64,000 bases of DNA from Bacteriovoracaceae bacterium (GCA_018649885.1 JABIHA010000138.1:1-64000), one strand, 5' to 3'; shown: positions 29,432 to 39,833, counted from the stretch's first letter. The notes: generated from the sequence alone by a model not told the origin. Translations and numbers: made by a program.

Positions 29432-30573
29432 ATGATTCATTTTGGAGTGAAGTTAGATTAAAGTTTCCTGCCGCAAGTAATGGAGTCTATCTCAACACAG
29501 CAGCTGTGGGGCCGCTCGCAAATCCTGTCTATGACAGTTATCACTCGCACATACTCCACATGAATCGTGTTGGGGACTGGAATTATACCCGGGCCATTGA
29601 GAATATGGAGAGGACCAGAGAAAAGGTTGCAGCTCTTATGGGCGCTGAAGCCTGCGACATAGGCTTTGCACCCAACACATCTCACGCCATGAATCTTTTG
29701 GCGATGATGTTTAAAGTTTCTGGCAGCGACAATTCCATCTCAATGCCAGACATCGAATTCCCCTCTTCTCTCTATCCTTTTAGATACCATGGGTATCAGT
29801 TAAATTTATCTCCTACAATAAATGGAAGAATAGATTGCGATCAATTGATAAAAGGAGTGGACGACAATAATCGGGCAATCCTTGCAAGTCATGTACAATT
29901 TTCCAATGGTTTTAGAATGGATCTTGATGAGCTCGGCGCCCGAGCAGAAGGTCTTGGCACTCCTTTTATTGTCAATGCTACACAATCACTTGGAAGTTTT
30001 CCCATAGATGTTAAAAAATCAAAAATTTCTGCCTTAACGGCTTCTTGTCACAAATGGATGGGCGCAGGCTACGGGCTTAGTGTTGTTTATGTAAGTAAAG
30101 AGACAAGGGAGAAAACAAAGTGGCCACTTATGGGCTGGTTGAGCGTGGCCCAAGAAGACCTATTTAGCGCTGAAGATGTAAAAATTAAAGAGATCACCTC
30201 TGCCATAGAAACAGGAGTGACTCCCCTTTCCAATTATTACGCCCTTGGGGCCTCAGTTGATTTAATTACAGAAATTGGTGTTGAGAATATCGCCACTAGG
30301 ATTCAAACTCTTTCAACTCAATTCGCAGATCGCTTGGCGACTGAGGGATTTGAAATTCTCTCTTTTAGAGATCAAGAAAGTGAGCATTCAAAAAGTCATA
30401 ATTCTGGAAATATATTGATCAAAAATGAGGATCCAGAAAAGGCATGGGAGATCTTAAATAAGAAAGGGATTTACCTCTCTCCAAGAAGAGGAGGCCTTAG
30501 AGTCTCTATCAATTACTTTAATAACACTTCAGATCTAGATCAGCTAATCCTGGCCCTTAAGGAGCTAGGGTGA
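29419..30573 (+). CDS. Class V PLP aminotransferase (cysteine desulfurase/lyase-like)
   Basis: YLNTAA, EFPS, VNATQSLG, SCHKW, LRVS; AAGGA RBS before ATG 29419. Confidence 0.85.
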   Translation: MYQLDDSFWSEVRLKFPAASNGVYLNTAAVGPLANPVYDSYHSHILHMNRVGDWNYTRAIENMERTREKVAALMGAEACDIGFAPNTSHAMNLLAMMFKVSGSDNSISMPDIEFPSSLYPFRYHGYQLNLSPTINGRIDCDQLIKGVDDNNRAILASHVQFSNGFRMDLDELGARAEGLGTPFIVNATQSLGSFPIDVKKSKISALTASCHKWMGAGYGLSVVYVSKETREKTKWPLMGWLSVAQEDLFSAEDVKIKEITSAIETGVTPLSNYYALGASVDLITEIGVENIATRIQTLSTQFADRLATEGFEILSFRDQESEHSKSHNSGNILIKNEDPEKAWEILNKKGIYLSPRRGGLRVSINYFNNTSDLDQLILALKELG

Positions 30574-31672
30574 TTTGAACGGCGTGGTTTGATAATCTTT
30601 CAATCCACTCGTACTCACGAATAATAACAGGTGCATTTAAATGAGATTCTTCTCCATCGCGAGTTTTGTCGTAATCATAGATGGGCATACTTTTATCGGG
30701 GTAAATCGAATCTCTAACATAAAAAACACCACGATTTTTACAGCCACCACTTTTCTTAAAGGTGCTATCAATGGCCTTGCCGTGTCTTCGATATTTTTTT
30801 GCTTTTTTAGCATAGTACAAAGCGTCGCTTTCTTCTTTAGCTTCACTTTGTTTTTTGTCCATTTTGACAGCTCTTTTTTCCATTTTCTCCTGGTAGCTAG
30901 ATAGAAAAGGACAGCCGTATGAATTAGCGTGATCATTGTATCCCATAATCATATTGGCGTGCCAGTAGCCATAGTGGTTGTAAATGGCAATTACAGGAGC
31001 CTTGTTTTCTCGTAAGGCCTTTTTGATAAGGGCAACGGCATTTTTAGGTGCCTGTCCTGTATTCCATTGATTGCGGTCCCTATCTTTGTACAAAACAGTT
31101 CTTTCAAATTTTGGTAGTGATACCAGAGGGGTTCCTTTCGGGGTGGGAGAAACTATCCAGTTGTAAGCAGTCCCGTACACAGCGTCCTCAGCTCCTTTGT
31201 GAGAGATGACTCTTTTGCCAGCCGATTTTTTGAACCATCCCTTGGTAAAAGGAAAATCAGAATTTAAAACATGCACTCCACTAGCATTAAACCTGTAAAT
31301 GGTATCTGTCCTCCAATTGGAAATAGATTTAGATCCAATTTTCCTTGATTTTAAATTCAAGGTATATCGTTCACTAAGATTGATTTTGTTGGGGGACTGA
31401 ATTTTAGAAAGCCACCACTCAACGACCGCTGTGTGGGACATAAAAAGACATGAGCCTGCATTTTCTTGATCGGGAGCTGGAACGACATAGGGAAGAAGGT
31501 CATTGAATCCACCCTTAAAAGTACCTACTTCAGGCAGCAATGCTTCTGAGTCTATGGCCTCAAGGCCTTGTCCACTTTCATTCGGATATTTTAAACCCTG
31601 AACAAAGTTTGGTGCAGCTTGCACGCATATGGAAAAAATTATGGAGAGAAAAATAAGTGTGGTCTTCAACAA
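30557..31672 (-). CDS. Secreted papain-like (C1) cysteine protease
   Basis: PDQENAGSC, NLSERY, WHANMIMGY, YVRDS. Confidence 0.8.
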   Translation of the reverse strand: MLKTTLIFLSIIFSICVQAAPNFVQGLKYPNESGQGLEAIDSEALLPEVGTFKGGFNDLLPYVVPAPDQENAGSCLFMSHTAVVEWWLSKIQSPNKINLSERYTLNLKSRKIGSKSISNWRTDTIYRFNASGVHVLNSDFPFTKGWFKKSAGKRVISHKGAEDAVYGTAYNWIVSPTPKGTPLVSLPKFERTVLYKDRDRNQWNTGQAPKNAVALIKKALRENKAPVIAIYNHYGYWHANMIMGYNDHANSYGCPFLSSYQEKMEKRAVKMDKKQSEAKEESDALYYAKKAKKYRRHGKAIDSTFKKSGGCKNRGVFYVRDSIYPDKSMPIYDYDKTRDGEESHLNAPVIIREYEWIERLSNHAVQITLAP

Positions 31673-31756
31673 TTGGGCCCCTGTGAGTTTGTGGAGCTAG
31701 ATTGTTGAAGATCTATGGGAATTTGTCACTTTGCGAAGCGAGAGCAGAGACAGATT

Positions 31757-32635
31757 TTAGTTTGATGCTTGGCAAACACCCATTTCAATCAGCCTATCGT
31801 AGTAGTCTTCTATAACGTGGTGCTGCTCAAATGACATGGAAAGCGGCTTGCCCCCTCTTTGTATCTGCCAAAGTGGAGCACCTTTCTTTTTTAATTTAGT
31901 GATTTCGCAGTCTGAGGGAGTATCTGGCATTTTACAGATTCCAAAGTCTACCAGTAGTGAGAGTACTTCCTCGGTATCGGCGATTGTCTCAAGATTTCCA
32001 GAAAAACCCTTTCCATCTTTTATAACTTTGTAATTGAAGGTGACTTTGTTGTAGTTAATATCACAAACCTCATTGGAAGCAAAAACTTCGCAAGTTCCAC
32101 CTTCATTTAATTGAATGAGTGCTTCAAGAGTATCATTTAATTTGTTCGATTTTTCACTGACTTTAGTTTTTCCCTGATAAATGGCGTAACGCTTTAATAG
32201 CGGCTTAAATTTTAACTGACACTTCCCTGCACTTTCTTGTGGGAAAATTTTAAGGCCTTCAGAGCCTACATAGTTATTGCAAATATTTTTCTGGGCCAAG
32301 TTACTAAGAAGTACTTTGGCATCCTCGTACTTCCCAAAAGAGTGGGATTTAAATGTATCTTCTCTTTTGAGAATAAATGAGCTTTCACCATGAGGAATGA
32401 TAGAGCATTTTTGACTTGCCCTTATTGGGTAGCTGCAAACCCCTGCGCTGACATATGATTCAAACATTTCCATAGCAGCACTCAAACTTTCATAGTTACT
32501 TTCATCAACAGCATTTTGACCGGAGATTATTTGAAAATTCCCTTGTTCGTTACTTGTCAGCCGACACGCATTTTGTGCCCATACTGAGAAGCTGAAGGTT
32601 ATCAGTAGTAAACAAAACCACTTTAGGACTTTCAT
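31757..32635 (-). CDS. Secreted protein of five Cys-bracketed repeats
   Basis: Signal peptide; five ~45-aa units from C to (G/N)xC. Confidence 0.75.
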   Translation of the reverse strand: MKVLKWFCLLLITFSFSVWAQNACRLTSNEQGNFQIISGQNAVDESNYESLSAAMEMFESYVSAGVCSYPIRASQKCSIIPHGESSFILKREDTFKSHSFGKYEDAKVLLSNLAQKNICNNYVGSEGLKIFPQESAGKCQLKFKPLLKRYAIYQGKTKVSEKSNKLNDTLEALIQLNEGGTCEVFASNEVCDINYNKVTFNYKVIKDGKGFSGNLETIADTEEVLSLLVDFGICKMPDTPSDCEITKLKKKGAPLWQIQRGGKPLSMSFEQHHVIEDYYDRLIEMGVCQASN

Positions 32636-32674
32636 TGGTAATTCCTTTGTCTATATTAAGTCAGCTTTTATAAA

Positions 32675-32689
32675 GCAAGTTATGGACCA
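32675..32689 (-). promoter_or_regulatory. Sigma-54 promoter
   Basis: Minus strand TGGTCC-ATAAC-TTGC, 40 bp upstream of ATG 32635. Confidence 0.65.
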
Positions 32690-32906
32690 AGAATGCCCTT
32701 GTTAATTAACTGAAATTACATAAAGCACTGTCGAAAATTTAGAGACTTGTAGTGAAAAAATTACTGTAGTGCTCGGGGACATCGCAACCACTTTTCCTTT
32801 ATTGTGCAAAAAACAGACAGCTTTGAAAATAGAACAATATTGACCTGCCGAGCGCCTCTTTGAGTTAGACTTTTAGCATCTAGCGATCGTTTTTTTGGGG
32901 AAAATA

Positions 32907-33464
32907 ATGAAAATATCACACATCTTTTTACATGGTCTCTTGGCCTTGCTTTTCTCATTTTCAGTACAGGGAAGTGATGCAAAGGCCTCTGTGCCAGAAG
33001 CAGGAAATACGGTAGAGGAATTCCAAAAGAGATCTAAGCAATATATAAAGGAATCAAAAAAAGAACAGCTAGAGCTTGGCATAGATCAAACAAGTCCAGC
33101 ACAAAATGTAACCTGCAAATATAGTGGATTTGAAATTCCTTCAGGTGATGATACCCCACGAATTACTAAATTTGGTGGAGAGGTTTTTATCAACTTTATC
33201 CTTGGTGAAATTCAACGCTCCTTAATTGTAGATTTAAGGTCAGCTGGAATTAATAATCTGATAACAATTGACCCCATTACTATGCATATACTTTCATTTG
33301 AGCTTACTAGTGACACAGCAATTGAATTAGCAATCCCCGAAGCTTTTTTCAGCTACGATGGGGCTTCTTCTGGAAATGCAGAACTCGAATTTGAAAATGG
33401 TATAAAATTTGAAATTTCCTGTAAAAAAACACTCTTCCCTCCTTTTAGAAGTGGAGGATGGTAG
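32907..33464 (+). CDS. Secreted hypothetical protein
   Basis: Signal peptide, 185 aa from ATG 32907. Confidence 0.7.
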   Translation: MKISHIFLHGLLALLFSFSVQGSDAKASVPEAGNTVEEFQKRSKQYIKESKKEQLELGIDQTSPAQNVTCKYSGFEIPSGDDTPRITKFGGEVFINFILGEIQRSLIVDLRSAGINNLITIDPITMHILSFELTSDTAIELAIPEAFFSYDGASSGNAELEFENGIKFEISCKKTLFPPFRSGGW

Positions 33465-33799
33465 GCCGAATTTGGATTAGTAGTGTGGTAAAGTAGGTCT
33501 CAATCTTTTGATAGTATAGTTTTTTTAACAAAATGCCCTCACCACAATCAAATGTGATCATCATATACCCTTTAGCTCTCCCTATTTCTTTGAACCCAAA
33601 AGACTCCATCGCTGTACTCTTTAATCTCTGTCTCTACTCTTTGCCGAAGCTGATCCTTGTCCATGGCAGGATTTCTCATAGACATCAGCTGGCAGAGATC
33701 CTCTATGTGAGTTTCGTCGGCCATTTTAAATTTGAGATCTTTTGGGTGTTCGCCACTTTTTAGATTTGGTTTATAAGGCTCATTTTGCTGTTTGCTCAT
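33445..33799 (-). pseudogene. GNAT acetyltransferase remnant with internal deletion and frameshift
   Basis: N-terminal frame (LKFKMADETHIEDLCQLM...) joined out of frame to a GNAT-like C-terminus ESFGFKEIGRAKGYMMITFDCGEGIL. Confidence 0.6.
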
Positions 33800-33813
33800 T
33801 TTCAAAAATCTCC

Positions 33814-33844
33814 AAAAAAAAACGGGTCCAATTCTGGACCCGTT
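33814..33844 (-). terminator. Intrinsic terminator of the protease gene
   Basis: aacgggtcca-attc-tggacccgtt stem followed by a U-run on the minus strand. Confidence 0.8.
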
Positions 33845-33876
33845 CCCCTTCATCTCTCATGACAGAGATTACCTCA

Positions 33877-34728
33877 TTATTTCGTATTTTCTGCGACCCA
33901 TTGCCTGTGATAAATTAGATTTGCTGAAATCCCGATGCTCTGGCACCAGTCTCCTGAAGAGTGAACTCCAGCTAGGAAGTTTCTTCCTTTGACCTTAACA
34001 ACCCATGGGCCTCCACTGTCACCATTACAAGTAGTGACGCCGTCTCTCACGACAGCAAGTGTTCCCACGTAATTAAATTTACTTAAAAAGCCTGAAGCCC
34101 CCTCGATTGGTAATACGTGAAGATCCATATCAATTTTTAAAAGATCCTCACTAACACCATCGTAGAAACCCAATTTTCCCCAGCCAGATATTTTGACTTG
34201 AGGAAGGCTTCTTCCCTGCTCAGGACCAGCCGTTTGTGGCTCAACATAACCTGAGTAAACATCATCAGCGATAACTTCTACCGGCTGAACTTTTTCACTA
34301 TATTCAATGTTGTCCTTGAATTTTATAAGGGCAAGGTCGCAATGGGTGCATGACTCCAGTGTGGCCAGATCGTATCCCTTATAAGATTCGTGAACTGTAA
34401 ATGATTCGATTTCTGGAAGAGCTTCAAGTGAATCACTTGTACCGCTTCCTCCTGCGAAAACTGTAAAGCCTTCAACTTTTCTTTCATAAAGGCAGTGAGC
34501 TGCAGTTAGAACATACCTTTTTCCAATAATTGTTCCACCACACCATGTAGATCCAAATCGTCTTATTTGAACCATCCAAGGAACTTCTTCTGGGCTAGCT
34601 TCTGAGCCACCAACAATGAAAGTTGATTTAACATCTAAAGCCTCACCGCTTGGGTTTTGCCCACATGACACAAGGCTAAGAGTAACAACTAACATAACTA
34701 AGAGTGTTAATAATCTAGACACAATCAC
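33877..34728 (-). CDS. Trypsin-like (S1) serine protease lipoprotein
   Basis: Lipobox LVSC, IVGG, LTAAHC, DLAL, GDSGGP. Confidence 0.93.
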   Translation of the reverse strand: MIVSRLLTLLVMLVVTLSLVSCGQNPSGEALDVKSTFIVGGSEASPEEVPWMVQIRRFGSTWCGGTIIGKRYVLTAAHCLYERKVEGFTVFAGGSGTSDSLEALPEIESFTVHESYKGYDLATLESCTHCDLALIKFKDNIEYSEKVQPVEVIADDVYSGYVEPQTAGPEQGRSLPQVKISGWGKLGFYDGVSEDLLKIDMDLHVLPIEGASGFLSKFNYVGTLAVVRDGVTTCNGDSGGPWVVKVKGRNFLAGVHSSGDWCQSIGISANLIYHRQWVAENTK

Positions 34729-34957
34729 TTCCTCCGCAAAAAACTTTTGATGAAGCTATAAAAGAAAAATTGTACTCTTCTGTCAAATAGTTGAGCGCTC
34801 TTGTAAGTTATTGTTGGTATTATGTGGTTCTTAATTTTTTTCTTAGAGAGACGTGGGGCGGTTGAAAGATGTTTTAAGTTTTCGAAACATTGCATCAAGT
34901 GATTGGGATCAAAAGGTTGTTGCGTTTAGTTAGAGTGGTTACGCAGTGACGAATTGA

Positions 34958-34979
34958 ATGGTGCTCGACAGAGCACCAT
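34958..34979. terminator. Hairpin after 34991 gene
   Basis: atggtgctc-gaca-gagcaccat. Confidence 0.55.
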
Positions 34980-34990
34980 GTTATGTAAGA

Positions 34991-35365
34991 TTACTCAACA
35001 GAGCTTTGAGTTGAAGCAAATTTTTCTGTCAGCTTAACTTTGATTTCTGCGATACATGAATTCAGACTCTCATCTAACTCACCGCCTTTAACTTTTTCTC
35101 TGCATTCTTTTCTAGAGATATCAGAGGCCTTACAAAGAGACTTTGCACACTTTAATTTTGCACACTTTTGAAATTTTGGTTTTTCAAGACATGTGGCTAT
35201 ATCGTTTTTCTTAAGACATCTTTTAAGACCTCTTTTACATTTTCTGGCAATTTTTCTTCCGCGCTTTTTGCCTTCACTTTTACTTGGGCCTTTTGACATA
35301 AGCTCAAATGAAAAAAGCACTGAAGCAACAATAAAAAGTATCATAATTGGGTTTTGGTTTCTCAC
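34991..35365 (-). CDS. Secreted Lys/Cys-rich small protein
   Basis: GAGG RBS, signal peptide, 8 Cys, strongly cationic. Confidence 0.7.
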   Translation of the reverse strand: MRNQNPIMILFIVASVLFSFELMSKGPSKSEGKKRGRKIARKCKRGLKRCLKKNDIATCLEKPKFQKCAKLKCAKSLCKASDISRKECREKVKGGELDESLNSCIAEIKVKLTEKFASTQSSVE

Positions 35366-35569
35366 TTTCTCTCTCCTCGTTTCTTAGTTGAGGGTTATAC
35401 GAAGGTTTTTAGGAAAAGTTCTAAAGTACTTTGATCAAATGATTTTTGTTGAGAATCTGTTCACTAAGTGGTGAAAACTCTAGGCGTATTTTGCACCTAT
35501 CCTGGCCATATAGATATATGCATATAATATATTTTGAACTCATGGTAAATAAAAAATAGGTGGATTAAA

Positions 35570-36562
35570 ATGACCAAGATTTTGATGCTCTCAGTGCTAC
35601 TTCTGTGTTCATGTGCAGGAGGTGATAAATTTAAGGTCATTGCTCATCGTGGACTTCCAAGATTATTTCCAGAACATACTTTAGAGGGACTTCGAGCAGT
35701 TTTAAAATACCCGGTTCACTACGTTGAGCCAGATGTGGTTTTGACTAAAGATGATGTTCCCGTGATTCTTCATGACATTCATTTAGATAGTACAACAAAT
35801 GTGGCCTCTGTGTTTCCAAAGAAGGTAAGGGCAGATGGCAGATTTTATGCGGCTGATTTAACTTTAGCTGAACTTAAAACATTGAGGGCCAATCACAGAA
35901 TTAATCTAAAAACGAAAAAAGCGGCCATTGGTAGTAGAGTTCCTATTTCAGGATCACAGTACTTAGTGCCTACCCTCAGTGAATTTATGACTGTAGTTCA
36001 AAACCACAATGAAGTTGAAAGAACCAGTGTGGGTATTTATTTAGAAATTAAGGCCCCTGGTTTTCACAAAAAAATGGGAAAGGATATAACGAATATTGTT
36101 TATGAGAAAATTAGTGCTTTTAGTAAAATTCATAGAGAAACTCCATTTATCATTCAATGTTTCGATGACAAAACTCTTATTAGGTTGAAAAATGTGATTA
36201 AAACTAGAATCCCACTGGTTCAGTTGATAGGTGAAAATTCGTGGGCCATGAATAAAATTGATTACAATAAAATGAAAACAAAAGAAGGCTTAACCAGTAT
36301 TTCAAAATATGCTGCTGGAGTTGGTCCTTGGATTCCTCATGTTCTTACTTATAAAGATGGAGAGGTTAGTGCGACACCATTTTCTGAATGGGCACATGAG
36401 GTAGGTCTTGTGATACATCCCTACACCCTTAGAAATGATGCTCTTCCAAAGTTTATAAAAGATGAAAAACAGTTAGTTGAGCTTCTGATGAACGAAGCAA
36501 GGGTTGATGGCGTCTTTACTGACAATGCTCACACTACTTTGGAATCTATTGATTTATTATAA
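35570..36562 (+). CDS. glpQ: Glycerophosphodiester phosphodiesterase (lipoprotein)
   Basis: VIAHRG, PEHT, EPDVVLTKD...HD, EIK, HPYT, DGVFTD. Confidence 0.92.
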   Translation: MTKILMLSVLLLCSCAGGDKFKVIAHRGLPRLFPEHTLEGLRAVLKYPVHYVEPDVVLTKDDVPVILHDIHLDSTTNVASVFPKKVRADGRFYAADLTLAELKTLRANHRINLKTKKAAIGSRVPISGSQYLVPTLSEFMTVVQNHNEVERTSVGIYLEIKAPGFHKKMGKDITNIVYEKISAFSKIHRETPFIIQCFDDKTLIRLKNVIKTRIPLVQLIGENSWAMNKIDYNKMKTKEGLTSISKYAAGVGPWIPHVLTYKDGEVSATPFSEWAHEVGLVIHPYTLRNDALPKFIKDEKQLVELLMNEARVDGVFTDNAHTTLESIDLL

Positions 36563-37369
36563 GTTGTGGCCCATCCTCTCTTTAACATAGGTTTTAATTT
36601 CTGAGATCATTCTCTCAACCCACATAACAGATTTTATTCTTCCCTCAGTGCATGCATCTAAGTGGGCGCCATCGCGCTGGCAACCAGAGTCTTCTTTTGG
36701 ATAGGACATAAATGGTAGTGAGCTTTCTCTACTGCTTAGAAATTGGCAGTAATTTCCCGCTTTGACGTGAGCAGTCACTAGCATTTCGTAGAGCCTATCT
36801 TGTTTGTATTTTGGTTTTTTTCGTAGGCTTCCATCTGGTGGTCCAATCCAGACACACTTGGCACCTGATAGCCTAATTTTATCGACGAGCGCAACTACGG
36901 TATTCGCGGCATCTTCGAGTTTGGTGTTGGCCACTTCTGGATCTAATTGGGGGTCAGAGCCTACGCTATTAATCTGGTTGGCACCTAGGGCGACAACAAC
37001 GAGGTCTGCTTTAATTGGTATGTCTTGGGCCGGGTCTATATTAGCTAATAGATTATCAACAAGCGGAGTTTTCAGAAACTTACCCCTTAGCCCCGTAATG
37101 GTGTCAGTTGAAGCGCCGTTAAAAAATCCACAAGGAGTTACCCACCTGTGTGATGTTTTAGTCCAATGAACCGGAGAAGATCCACAACGGCCATAAGTAG
37201 CAACTTGAGTGTTATTCAAAGTGCTGAGTCTCCCATGCATCATGATTCCAAACGATTGGGCAGTATGAGAGTCCCCGATCACCAAAATATTCAGTTTATT
37301 CTCCTCACCAAAGGCCGTGCAGCTGCAGATCATGATTAAAAATAATGTAGTGGTGAATGTTTTCATCAT
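36557..37369 (-). CDS. Secreted SGNH/GDSL hydrolase
   Basis: IGDSH, LGAN, DGAH. Confidence 0.8.
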   Translation of the reverse strand: MMKTFTTTLFLIMICSCTAFGEENKLNILVIGDSHTAQSFGIMMHGRLSTLNNTQVATYGRCGSSPVHWTKTSHRWVTPCGFFNGASTDTITGLRGKFLKTPLVDNLLANIDPAQDIPIKADLVVVALGANQINSVGSDPQLDPEVANTKLEDAANTVVALVDKIRLSGAKCVWIGPPDGSLRKKPKYKQDRLYEMLVTAHVKAGNYCQFLSSRESSLPFMSYPKEDSGCQRDGAHLDACTEGRIKSVMWVERMISEIKTYVKERMGHNL

Positions 37370-37626
37370 AAGCTCCTACGAAAGAGAACTGGGGGGAGAT
37401 AATCTCTAAAACTGGCGCCATTTGCAATGTGAGCCTGTAGAAAATTCAGAGTTTACTGACTTGAAATCAGGTAGATCCTGATAAAAAAGTGAACGGTCAG
37501 TTTGGAACGTTTATTCCTAATAGGGATGGGTATTATTTTCAGTTTTGTGGGGCATTGCGTTGACCCCTGGTATAAATCATGGATACGGGACGCACTTTTA
37601 TTTTTAAAACTTATACGGAGTTTTTT

Positions 37627-38496
37627 ATGAAATTTTTTGCACTACTGCTAGGGCTTAGCCTTGCGGGTTCTTCATTTGCTGATGAAGGAGATTTTACACT
37701 ACTACCATTTGCTGGAGCAGGCTCCAGAGTTAATGTTCGAATCTCAGAAGATGGATTTGACGGCGGCATTCAAGCTGATGAACACGCTGAAGACTTGCTG
37801 GTATCAGTTAATATGCAGGCGCTTAAATACAAAGGCACCACATTTTTGAGTCTATATGCTGACTTCATGGTCTCTACCGATAGTAGTCCAGAGTTCCATA
37901 CCTTTATGGCAACGCTAGCTAATATGGATCTTTATGATTCATCTAAAACTACTCCAGAAGAGGAGCAGAAAAAGGCCAGAATCAAAACTCAGATTTCTGC
38001 AAGTATGCTTACTTTTCTAAGAACTAATGTTTATACTAATCCGGGAGCAGAGCCATTTGCTTTATCACAAATCGAAATTGCAAAAATAACTATTGACCAT
38101 GTTATTCCTGTTGATGATGGAAAATTTCAAATTCACACTTCAATAAGTGTCAGTGGTGGTGTCCAGGGTATTATCGGCGACGCCGATCCAGAGACATTCT
38201 TGGCCTTAAGTAGCTCTTTAACACTTGCTTTTGGAAATGGGTTGTCTGTTTCTTTTGGCAACTACACAAAGCTGTACACATTGACTCCAGATCTAAAACT
38301 AGTTTTAAATCCTACAGGATCAATTTCTTACGCTATTCCAGATACTGCTCTTTCGGTTTATCTGGAATTGGGAACGGCCAACCTCTTTCTTGGCGCAGAT
38401 GATGGAATTGATAGATATAATAATGGTTACAGTGCCACTGTTGGGATCAGAGGATATTGGGATCCAATTAAGCCTTTTAGAAGAAAGAAAAAATAA
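37627..38496 (+). CDS. Hypothetical protein, probable outer-membrane beta-barrel
   Basis: Signal peptide (SFA), alternating strands, YSATVGIRGYW. Confidence 0.6.
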   Translation: MKFFALLLGLSLAGSSFADEGDFTLLPFAGAGSRVNVRISEDGFDGGIQADEHAEDLLVSVNMQALKYKGTTFLSLYADFMVSTDSSPEFHTFMATLANMDLYDSSKTTPEEEQKKARIKTQISASMLTFLRTNVYTNPGAEPFALSQIEIAKITIDHVIPVDDGKFQIHTSISVSGGVQGIIGDADPETFLALSSSLTLAFGNGLSVSFGNYTKLYTLTPDLKLVLNPTGSISYAIPDTALSVYLELGTANLFLGADDGIDRYNNGYSATVGIRGYWDPIKPFRRKKK

Positions 38497-38513
38497 AGTT
38501 AAATACAATCTTT

Positions 38514-38546
38514 GGGGTGCAGATTTCTTTGCTGCACCTCCCTTTT
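38514..38546 (+). terminator. Intrinsic terminator
   Basis: ggggtgcag...ctgcacctc stem followed by short T-run. Confidence 0.5.
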
Positions 38547-38597
38547 CACAATCTGGCATTAAGTTAAAATAGAGCTCTAATTAAGTTGGAGCAATCT

Positions 38598-39470
38598 ATG
38601 CCGTATATTCAGCACAAATTTGGAAGAACCTTTTTTCAAGCGAAGGGTCGTTTAAGCTCTGGAGTTCCTTTAGTGGTACTTCACGGTGGTCCAGGTGGAA
38701 GTTATAGTAAAAGTAAGTCACCTTTTTTGAAGCTTAGCACTCACAGAAAAGTCTTTCTTCACGATCAAATTGGAGGAGGCAAGAGCTCCCCACTAAAAAC
38801 ATCTCAGATGAAAATCGAAACTTTTGTTTATGAGCTGGACCATCTCATTAAGAGCTGGGGGTTAAAGGAGTTTCATCTTTACGGAGGCTCCTGGGGAACT
38901 ACGCTGGCGTTGGAATACTATCTCAGAAAAAAACCAAAGGGACTGCGCTCTCTTATATTACAGTCCCCTATGTTTAGTGCCAAAGACTGGGAAAGGGATG
39001 CAATCCGTTTAATTCAAAAGCTACCTGCTAAAACCAGAAAAGTGATTGAGTACTGTCATGAAATAGGGGCCACCGACTCTAAGGTTTATCAGGAGGCCGT
39101 CATGGTCTATTATCTTCGCCATGTACTCAGAAATGAGAGAAAACTAAAGAAAGCATTTAGTGGTAAAAGTAATCCTCATGGTAAGCAAGTTTATGAGTAT
39201 ATGTGGGGCCCTTCAGAGTTTAAGCCAACTGGTACGTTAAAAAAGTACAGCCGTGTTTCAGATTTATCAAAAATAAGTGTGCCCACCTATCTCATGTGTG
39301 GTCAATACGATGAGGCAACTCCGGCCACAGTTAAAAGTTATCATCAGCGAGTTGCGGGATCAAAATTTAAGATCTTTAAAGACTGCTCTCACGCCATAGG
39401 TTCAGAAAATGAGAAATTATTTCTTTCAGAAATAAAGGGATTTTTGAAGGAGTGTGATCAAAAATGTTGA
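38598..39470 (+). CDS. Proline iminopeptidase-family alpha/beta hydrolase
   Basis: LHGGPG, DQIGGG.S, GGSWG, MWGPSEF, GQYDE, SH. Confidence 0.88.
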   Translation: MPYIQHKFGRTFFQAKGRLSSGVPLVVLHGGPGGSYSKSKSPFLKLSTHRKVFLHDQIGGGKSSPLKTSQMKIETFVYELDHLIKSWGLKEFHLYGGSWGTTLALEYYLRKKPKGLRSLILQSPMFSAKDWERDAIRLIQKLPAKTRKVIEYCHEIGATDSKVYQEAVMVYYLRHVLRNERKLKKAFSGKSNPHGKQVYEYMWGPSEFKPTGTLKKYSRVSDLSKISVPTYLMCGQYDEATPATVKSYHQRVAGSKFKIFKDCSHAIGSENEKLFLSEIKGFLKECDQKC

Positions 39471-39817
39471 GCTACGAAGTATATAAAATCACCCATATAG
39501 CTATTGTTTTTATTTTTTTAACCACTCTTGCTGCTGATCTTTTAGGTGGCAACCAATCTAAGTGGGTTAAAATGGTTGTGGGGATGAGCAGCTTTTTGAT
39601 TATTGTCACCGGAATGGGACTCGCGGCAGTGATGGGAGTGTTTGGCGGTGGTGAATTTCCCCTATGGCTTAAGGGGAAAGTTCTTTTTTGGGGAGCTCTA
39701 GCAATGGCCGCCCCTATTTGTGGAAAGTATCTTGTGAAACATAGAGCGGCTTCTTTTTGGGGGCTACTAGTATTAGCTTTACTTGCAGTTTCAATGGCCA
39801 TTTACAAATTTATTTAA
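39464..39817 (+). CDS. SirB2-like four-TM membrane protein
   Basis: YKITHI, W LKGK, four hydrophobic helices. Confidence 0.55.
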   Translation: MLSYEVYKITHIAIVFIFLTTLAADLLGGNQSKWVKMVVGMSSFLIIVTGMGLAAVMGVFGGGEFPLWLKGKVLFWGALAMAAPICGKYLVKHRAASFWGLLVLALLAVSMAIYKFI

Positions 39818-39833
39818 AGAGTTGGCCCTGAGA

